From Octopus sinensis (lineage: Eukaryota): a stretch of 64,000 nucleotides of DNA. Of this stretch, positions 55,290-64,000 are shown piece by piece. Both the position numbers and the translations under genes were made by a program. The stretch's first letter is position 1. Every line of letters starts with the position of its first letter. The notes under the pieces were generated by a model. The model saw only the letters and a list, made by a program, of their open reading frames with translations, made no database searches and had not been told where the DNA came from. Location: NCBI RefSeq assembly GCF_006345805.1, contig NW_021825710.1, positions 186,001 to 250,000 of the forward strand, read 5' to 3'.

Positions 55290-55476
55290 TATATATATAT
55301 TCCAAGAAAGTTAGAGGTTGTGAATCTAATCAACTAAGGGATAATATCTATCCAATATACTGCTGGTAGAATACCCAATTATTAATACACAAGTGTTTTT
55401 TATTGCATTGAAATTACATTACCGAGTGTACTAAATGGGTGAAGGTAAAGAGATATTCTACTATTAATTTATAGAG

Positions 55477-55712
55477 CAATAAGAAAATGGAGGGGATCAA
55501 TAGGTGGTTCATCAACTTTTAGACATTATATTATGTCAACTTATTTATATAAAATAAATAAATAAGAAAATGGAGGGGATCAATAGGTGGTTAATCAACT
55601 TTTAGACATTATATTATGTCAACTTATTTATATAAAATAAATAAATAAGTTGACATAATATAATGTCTAAAAGTTGATGAACCACCTATTGATCCCCTCC
55701 ATTTTCATATTG
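55477..55712. repeat. ~83-bp unit: two tandem copies followed by an inverted copy
   Basis: AATAAGAAAATGGAGGGGATCAATAGGTGG twice, then its reverse complement. Confidence 0.9.
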
Positions 55713-55749
55713 CTCTCTCTCTCTCTCTCTCTCTCTCTGTATATATATA

Positions 55750-56010
55750 TCTATATATATAAAACTAAGAATGTGTGTCTGTCTGTCTGTGTGTTTCCTT
55801 AAAACTTGAGAACTACACAACCAATTTCATTCAAATTTTACACATGCCTTACTGAGGGTCCATGTAGTTTCATGGGCAAAAAAAATGTTCAACTTCTTGC
55901 CTAGGGCGAGACCATAGCAATATCATATCTTCTCCACTATTTCAGTATTACATGTTAAAAGTGAAACAAAAACATTTCTCTATTTTGTCAGATACTTTCA
56001 CTTTAACAAT
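55750..56010 (+). mobile_element. Helitron-like element 5' portion
   Basis: A|TCTATATATATAAAACTAAGAATGTGTGTCTGTCTGTCTG; homologous to 33490-33755. Confidence 0.65.
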
Positions 56011-56662
56011 AAAAATTAGAGATAATAATAACAATTGAATTATATGTGGTAAGTAATAATTAAAATCAAACTAAATTAAATCGTAACATAACAATTAAAA
56101 GTAAAAATAGCAATTGGTATAAAATTGCATCAATGACTCGAACTTGAATAAGTGGTTTCACATGAATGGGAATAAATTAAAAATAAAAATAGTGTGCAGA
56201 AATGGAATAGTCTAGATGGAGCTGTGCACATACCCTTTACCATGGCTTTTACATTAGATTATCTGCTAATTAGCTAGCATTAAGTATCTATATGAAGTTT
56301 GGCTGTATGTAATGTCTGTTTTCTCGAACAGCCACTTCTACTGAGTACAGCTGTTGGTTTATTTCTTATACATAAAGTACTATAGCTTCAACTGCGTATT
56401 GCTTTTTGATTCACCGTAAGGTTTGTTGTTATTATTATTACTCTTTAACTATTGTTATCATGTTTGTTGGTTCCTCATAAGGGAAACGTTGTGTTGCATT
56501 TGTTAAATAATTGTAAAACGTAACCCTCCCCCTTTGGGAGAAGGAGCTTTGGTTATTGTTTAAAAATTGAATTGTGTCCCTGTTTGAGGAAATTGACAAT
56601 ATTTTCACCGTTTGTACGGAAGCATTTTTGTTAAAATACCTTCGATAGAAGAAAGTCCAAAA

Positions 56663-57162
56663 ATGAATTTCGCTGCAGCCGTCGGCGGGCGTGAACTCAT
56701 TAAAATTAAAATGGAAGAAATACAAACCTATTTCGGATTGATCACCGACAAAGACAGTGAATCTAGGATAACACCACCATATGAAATAAAAAATAAAATT
56801 AAAGAAAAGACTATTGTCTATAAAGTATACAATGTAGAGAAAAAAAAAGATTTGAACACCTGGAGGAAAGCACCATCGAAAAGTGTCTTGGTGCGACTAT
56901 GAAATTCGCCACAATAGAAGCAAGGTTCGAGTTAACGGAGCGTGCAAGGGAGTACTTGACTCAAACCTTGCAAAGTGAAAATATTTTATTTTTACCTTTA
57001 TATCTGGGATGTAGGACGTCCCGTATAAAAATTAAAAATGCACCCCCAGAAGTAGAGGTAGGCTGGATTGTAGCCACACTTCTATACAAGAGGGAGGACA
57101 AGATACAATTGATCGAAATTGCAAGAGAAGGGCCTACAATTCCAGTCTCTTATATATTTTGA
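56663..57162 (+). pseudogene. Frameshifted ORF fragment, possibly LINE ORF1 (RNA-binding) N-terminus
   Basis: two overlapping complex ORFs, MNFAAAVGG... and ..RIKIKNAPPEV..; family assignment is a guess. Confidence 0.35.
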
Positions 57163-57312
57163 ATATTGTTATCACTAGCGATATCAAGATATAACTTTGT
57201 ATTTTGTATTTTATGTGCAGATGTATATATATATAGATGTACATGTAATATGTACGCATATATACATGCACTAGCACTATGACCTGGGAATGATGGGTCA
57301 TAATGCTAGTAT

Positions 57313-60300
57313 ATCATCATCATCGTTTAACGTCCGTTTTCCATGCTAGCATGGGTTGGACATTTCAACTGGGGTATGGGAAGCCAGAAGGCTGCACCAG
57401 GCCCAGTCTGATCTGGCAGTGTTTCTACAGCTGGATGCCCTTCCTAACGCCAACCACTCCGAGAGTGTAGTGGGTGCTTTTTATGTGCCACCTGCACAGG
57501 TGCCAGACGAGGCTGGCAAACGGCCACGATCGGATGGTGCTTTTTACATGCCACCGGCATGGGGACCAGATGAGGCTGGCAATGGCCACAATCGGATGGT
57601 GCTTTTTAGGTGCCACCGGCACAGAGGTCAGTCGGGGCAGCGCTGGCAACGGCCACATTCGGATGGTTCTCTTACGTGCCACCGGCACTAGTATCTCAGC
57701 TACAATTTCCATTAATGTTGAACGATTTCGATTTCAATTTTCGCTTGCCTCAACGGGTCTTCACAAGTAGGGTTTGTGTCACAAGAAGGAAAGGTATGCA
57801 TAAGTGGGCAGGCTACGTTCCAGGTAGAGGCCACAGGTGATGGTCTCACTTGTCCTGCCAGGTCCTCCCACGCACAGCATACTTCCAAAGGTCTCGGTCT
57901 CTGGTCATTTCCTCGGTGAGACTTAAAGTTTGGAGGTCGTTCTTCACCACCTCGTCCCAGGTTTTCCTGGGTCTACATCTTCCACAGGTTCCCTCAACCG
58001 CCAGGGTGTGACACTTTTACACACAACTATCTTCATCCATTCTCGCTACATGACCATACTAGCACAAACGTCTCTCTTGCACACCACAGCTGATGCTTCT
58101 TAGGTCCAACTTTTCTCTCTAGGTACTCACACTGTCAAGTATGAACACTAACATTACACATCCATCGGAGCATACTGGCTTCATTTCTTGTGAGCTTACA
58201 CATATCCTCAGCAGTCACGGCCCAAGTTTCACTGCCATGTAGCATGGCTGTTCGTACACTTGCATCATACAGTCTGCCTTTTATTCTGAGCGAGAGTCCT
58301 TTTGTCACCAGCAGAGGTAAGAGCTCTCTGAACTTTGCCCAGGCTATTCTTACTCTAGCAGTTACACTTTCAGCACACCTGCCCCCGCTACTGACTTGGT
58401 CACCTAGGTAACGGAAGCTATCAACTACTTCTAGTTTTTCTCCCTGGAATGTGGCAGAAGTTGGTCTCTGAGCATTTTCAGTGCTTATTGCTCCTGAGCA
58501 TCTGCCACATACAAAAACTATCTTCCCAGTTAGCCTTCCTTTGACATTGCTGCACCTCTTATGTGTCCATAGCTTACACTTGGTGCATCTTATAGAGTTT
58601 CTACCTACGCCTTTTCTACAGATCGAGCAGAGCCATCTACCTGAAGGCGTTTGTGATTTTCCTGCCTTCCTACATATTAGGACTTTGGTTTTAGCTAGAT
58701 TGACTCTAAGGCCCTTCGATTCTAATCCTTGTCTCCATACTTGAAACTTTGCCTCTAGTTCTGATAGTGACTCAGCAATTAGAGCAAGGTCATCAGCATA
58801 GAAGAGCTCCCAGGGGCATCCTGTCTTGAATTCCTCTGTTATTGCCTGGAGGACTATGATAAGTAGGAGGGTGCTGAGGACTGAACCTTGGTGGATCCCT
58901 ACCTCTACCCTGAATTCTTTAGTGTACTCGTTGCCAACCCTCACCTTACTTACAGCGTCTCTGTACATGGCTTGCACAGCTCTCACTAACCATTCATCTA
59001 TCCCTAGTTTCCTCATTGACCACCAGATAAGGGATCGGGGGACCCTGTCAAAGGCTTTCTCCATGTCAACGAAAGCCAGGTACAGGGGCTTATCTTTGGC
59101 TAGGTATTTCTCCTGCAGCTGTCTTACCAGAAATATGGCATCAGTGGTGCTTTTCCCTGGCATGAAACCAAACTGCAGCTCATCCAAGCTGACTCTCTCC
59201 CTAATCAGTTGGGATATGACCCTCTCCGTAACCTTCATTACCTGATTCAACAGCTTGATACCTCTGTAATTATTTGTATCTAAAGCATCACCTTTACATT
59301 TGTAGCAGTTGACTATTATGCTGCTACACCAGTCATTGGGTATGACTCCTTCGTGTATAACCTGGTTAACTATATGGGTGACTAGGCTATAGCCGACATT
59401 ACCAGATATTTTGAGCATCTCTGCAGTAATTCCTGATGGGCCTGGGGCTTTCCCTGTCTTCATGCTTCTAATTGCCTTAACTACTAAGGAACTATCAACT
59501 CGGATAGCTGGTCCCTCTGTTGGGTCAACATTCGGCAGACTCTCTTTATCCCATTCATTTTCCTTATTTAGCAGCCTCTCATAATGGTGTCTCCAAACCT
59601 CTCTCTTTGCATCCTCATTCAATACAAGTGAGCCATCATCCATGCGAACACATTTCCTCCGACCACATCACGATTCTCTCTCACACACTGTCTTGCAACA
59701 TGGAATACCTCAAGTCTTTGGTCCTCATGGCGCAGAACATTGGCAAATTTTTTCTTATCTGCTTCCCTTCTGGCTAAATAAACCTGTCTCCTAGCTTCTC
59801 TTTTGGTAGTCTGATACAATTCCCTGCTACCCCCATTCTTCCAGTCCTTCCAAGCCTGTCTCTTTTCTCTAATAGCCCTGTCTACAACATTATTCCACCA
59901 CCACGTTATTCTAGGTCGAGAGGGGACTTTGCACCAGCCACAGATCTGGTCAGTGGCTCTCAGCAGGTTGTCCCTTAGAAACCTCCAGTTGTCTTCTACC
60001 CCATGTGAAGCTCTATCCCCTTCTACTTTGTCAAAGGCTTCAAGTAATATGTCCCTAAGTCTCTGTCCATTCGCAAGATCTTTAAGCCTCCAGATCCTTC
60101 TCTATGTTGGTCGTCTTCTGGTTGTCTTCTTAGTCCTGATCCTAAAGTCACTAACTACCAGTTTATATTGTGGGGTACATTCTTCGCCTGGGAAGGTTTT
60201 GGCATTTATAAGCAGCCATCTTTCCCTTTTTCTGGCAAGGATGTAGTCAATTTGGCTGGTGTGTCGGCCCGATCGGTAAGTGACTAGGTGGCTGGTAGGT

Positions 60301-60332
60301 TTCCTGAAGTTAGTGTTGCAAACCATAAGATC

Positions 60333-60333
<1 letters not shown>
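57313..60333 (-). mobile_element. RTE-clade LINE, 5'-truncated, 502-aa open RT segment
   Basis: EN end SQIDYIL..YKLVVSD; RT KAPGPSG, YRGIKLL, DMEKAFDRV, HQGSVLS, YADD; (GAT)n tail. Confidence 0.95.
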
Positions 60334-60365
<32 letters not shown>

Positions 60366-60374
60366 AATGGTTAT

Positions 60375-60605
60375 GGTTATATTTTTTAAACAATGCTATC
60401 TATAAAAATAAAACATGTTGGTAGATTTACCTGGTATTTCAATATTTCAGTGTTAGGATCTTTATCCTCAGGCAGTCAGTGAATACCAACTTTTCTCCAA
60501 AGATTTCCTGAGAGTGGGGTCCTAACTCTGAAATACCAGGTAAAACTATCAACCTGTTTTATCTTCATAAACTGCATCATTTTGAATTTAAAAAATATAA
60601 TTATA
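60375..60605. repeat. Diverged inverted repeat
   Basis: GTTGGTAGATTTACCTGGTATTTCA vs TGAAATACCAGGTAAAACTATCAAC. Confidence 0.6.
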
Positions 60606-62210
60606 AATGTAATCTCTCTCTCTCTATATATATATAGTATAGAACTTGAAAAACAAACTACTCAAAATTATGTGGAGTGTACATGTGTGCATGAGTGAGT
60701 GTGTATCTATATCTATGTAGTGTAGTAGAGCAAATACATTGAGCATAAGAAAAATCAGATACATTGTGCAAGAGAGAAGACTGTACTAATATAATTATGT
60801 GATGCACGTGTTTGAGAACAGTTATATATATAAAGAGTGATGATCTCTAAATGTGGATGGAATTTGTGGAAGAGAGGGACCTAGGATGACAATGGGATGA
60901 ACTAATGAAGGTTGCTTTCATGCTTGACCTCACAGGGAAAATGATAAAGGACTGAGATGATTGGTGACCCAAAATGACCTGTGGCTTGATGTGAGGTCCT
61001 GAAAGCATTATGCTTACTTCTACACACTCATTGGGCCCTGTCCCTACACTCAATCTGTCTTCATGAAGCCTTCCCGAAATCTCATCTTCCTAACACCCAT
61101 CCCTCCACTCCACTAACTAGGACACTATTCAGTTGCTGGAACCCTATAAGAACAAAATCTGCACATATTTCATCCTCTTTTGTGTTGCCAGTAATCCCAG
61201 CTCTCCCTGGAATCTTTAATATCCATCCCTCAAACTCAATATCATCTCTTTCCACCAATCCCCTCTTTCTATGTTTCTAGTTATTTCTCCCTTTCCTCTT
61301 AATTATATCTTATACCTAATCTCTAATACACTTTCTTATCTGCTATCATTCTCATCATCCTCACATATCTGTCATCAAAAGCCTTCCTCATTACCTTTGT
61401 CCCCCTCTCACTATAGTAACTCATATGTATGTCTGATAAACATCTCTCTCCTCCTACACCTCTCTCCCAGTTTACTCATCATCTCCCTATTCTCTACTCT
61501 GTCTACAGGTTTATTATGCTTCCTGTACTACCACTTATCACCTTCTCCCCACCATACTGATATTTACCATCAATCATATTTCAACCCTTATTCCATTCTC
61601 TATATTCACCTCTACACCTGTCACTGTCTGCCACTCTCCTCTCCTCTCACACTCTAATGAAATTATCCATCCACCCTTCCAGAGTTTTTGCCCCAATTCT
61701 ACTATACTCACCTTCTTGTATCTTGAGACTAAGCTTCGATAACTCATTACAATTATCATTGTCTTCTTTTCAGCTACTAATACTCACCCTTATATAATGC
61801 AAGAAAGCCACGTATCTCCTATATAGCAAATCGCTTGTTTCTACCCTCTATAATACTCTAGACATTTGGCATAGAGCCACCTCCCTTTTTACTATACCTC
61901 CATTCAGTTGTATAGTCTTTTCCTATGTCTTGTGAGTTACTCGGTGATCTCACTAGTATTGGTGTTATGAAATAAAGCACCTGCTACACTCTGTAAAGTG
62001 CTTGGCATGAGGAAGGATATCCAGTCACAGAAACCATATCTAACAGACACAGGAGCTGAAAACTAACCTCTAGCTCACTGTCAAACTGTCCAACCCATGC
62101 AAGTATGGAAAACAGATGTTAAATGATGATGATGCTTCTATGTGTACAGAAATATTTAATTAGGCTAAAACAGTATTTCACAAATGTCTAATACATTTTT
62201 AAGCAATATC

Positions 62211-64000
62211 AACATCATCATTTAGCATCCGCTTTCCATGCTAGCATGGGTTGGATGGTTCAACTGGGGTCTGTGAAGCCGGAAGGCTGCATCAGGCCCA
62301 GTCTGATCTGGCAGTGTTTCTACGGCTGGATGCCCTTCCTAACGCCAACCACTCCGTGAGTATAGTGGATGCTTTTTTACGTGCCACCCGCACGGGGGCC
62401 AGGCGAGGCTGGCAACGGTCACGAACGGATGGTTCTCTTACGTGCCACCAGCACTGGTAACTCAGCAGCAATTTCCATTGATCGATTTCGATTCTGATCC
62501 TCACTTGCCTCAACAGGTCTTCACAAGTAGAGTTTTGTGTCCCAAGAAGGAAAGGTATGCATATGTAGGCTGGCTCCATCCCATGTAGAAGGCCACGGGT
62601 GATGGTCTCACTTGTCCTGCCGGGTCTTCTCGCGCACAGCATACTTCCAGAGGTCTCGGTCTCTAGTCATTTCCTCAGTGAGACCTAAAGTTCGAAGTTC
62701 ATGCTTCACCACCTCGTCCCAGGTTTTCCTGGGTCTGCCTCTTCCACAGGTTCCCTCAACCGCTAAGGTGTGACACTTTTTCACACAACTATCTTCATCC
62801 ATTCTCGCCACATGCCAATACCAGCGCAAACGTCTCTCTTGCACACCACAGCTGATGCTTCTTAGGTCCAGCTTTTCTCTCACTTACACAGAGGTACTTA
62901 CACTCTGTCGAGTATGAGTACTGACATTACACATCCATCGGAGCATACTGGCTTCATTTCTTGCGAGCTTATGCATATCCTCAGCAGTCACGGCCCATGT
63001 TTCACTGCCATGTAGCATGGCTGTTAGTACACACGCATCATACAGTTTGCCTTTTACTCTGTGTGAGAGGCCTTTTGTCACCAGCAGAGGTAAGAGCTCT
63101 CTGAACTTTGCCCAGGCTATTCTTACTCTAGCAGTTACACTTTCAACACATCCGCTCCCGCTACTGACTTGGTCACTTATGTAACGGAAGCTATCAACTA
63201 TTTCTAGTTTTTCTCCCTGGAAAGTGACGGAAGTTGGTCTCAGAGCATTTTCAGTGTTTATTGTTCCTGAGCATCTGTCACATACAAAAACCATCTTCCT
63301 AGTTAGCCTTCCTTTGACATTGCTGCACCTCTTATATGTCCATAGCTTACACTTGGTGCATCTTATAGAGTTTCTACCTACACCTTTTCTACAGATCAAG
63401 CAGGGCCATCTACCTGAAGGCGTTTGTGATTTGTCTACCTTCCTACATATTAGGACTTTGGTTTTAGCTAGATTGACTCTAAGGCTCTTCGATTCTAATC
63501 CTTGTTTCCACACCTGAAACTTCTCCTCCAGTTCTGATAGTGACTCAGCAATTAGAGCAAGGTCATCAGCATAGAGGAGCTCCCAAGGGCATCCTGTCTT
63601 GAATTCCTCCATTATTGCCTGGAGGACTATGATAAATAGGAGGGGGCTGAGGACTGAGCCTTGGTGGACCCCTACCTCTACCCGGAATTCTTCACTGTAC
63701 TCGTTGCCAACCCTCACCTTACTAGCAGCATCCCTGTACATGGCTCGCACAGCTCTCACTATCCATTCATCTATCCCTAGTTTCCTCATTGACCATCAGA
63801 TAAGGGATCAGGGGACCCTGTCGAAGGCTTTCTCCTGCAGCTGCCTTACCAGGAATATAGCATCAGTGGTACTTTTCCCTGGCACAAACCCAAACTGCAT
63901 CTCATCTAAACTAACTCTCTCTCTGTAATTAGTTGGGCTATGGCCCTCTCCGTAACCTTCATCACCCGATCCAACAGCTTGATACTTCTGTAATTATTTG
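62211..64000 (-). mobile_element. RTE-clade LINE copy, runs off window end
   Basis: 301-aa ORF with YADD and PHD-like finger; highly similar to 57313-60333. Confidence 0.95.

Overview
AT-rich, microsatellite-laden eukaryotic (animal) DNA with no host protein-coding gene I can support. The SINE and LINE families look like those of octopus/cephalopod genomes, which is an inference from recognition. Almost all interpretable sequence is decayed mobile DNA: RTE-clade LINEs (one family carries a PHD-type zinc finger inside the RT region, and one near-full-length BovB-like copy is present), Tc1, mariner, maT-like and hAT transposon relics, Helitron-like elements, tRNA-derived SINEs, an RLE-type LINE relic and Penelope-like GIY-YIG relics. 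The most striking feature, invisible in the ORF track, is about 15 minimal type-I hammerhead-ribozyme-like motifs (stem I-CUGANGA-stem II-GAAA-short, often palindromic stem III-UH-stem I) from at least 8 sequence families. Most sit in short non-coding inverted or tandem repeat cassettes next to (TA)n tracts. They include a 592-bp tandem unit with two intact cores and a circularly permuted ~350-bp unit, both resembling Penelope pLTRs or retrozymes. All folds were paired by eye and ribozyme activity is untested.
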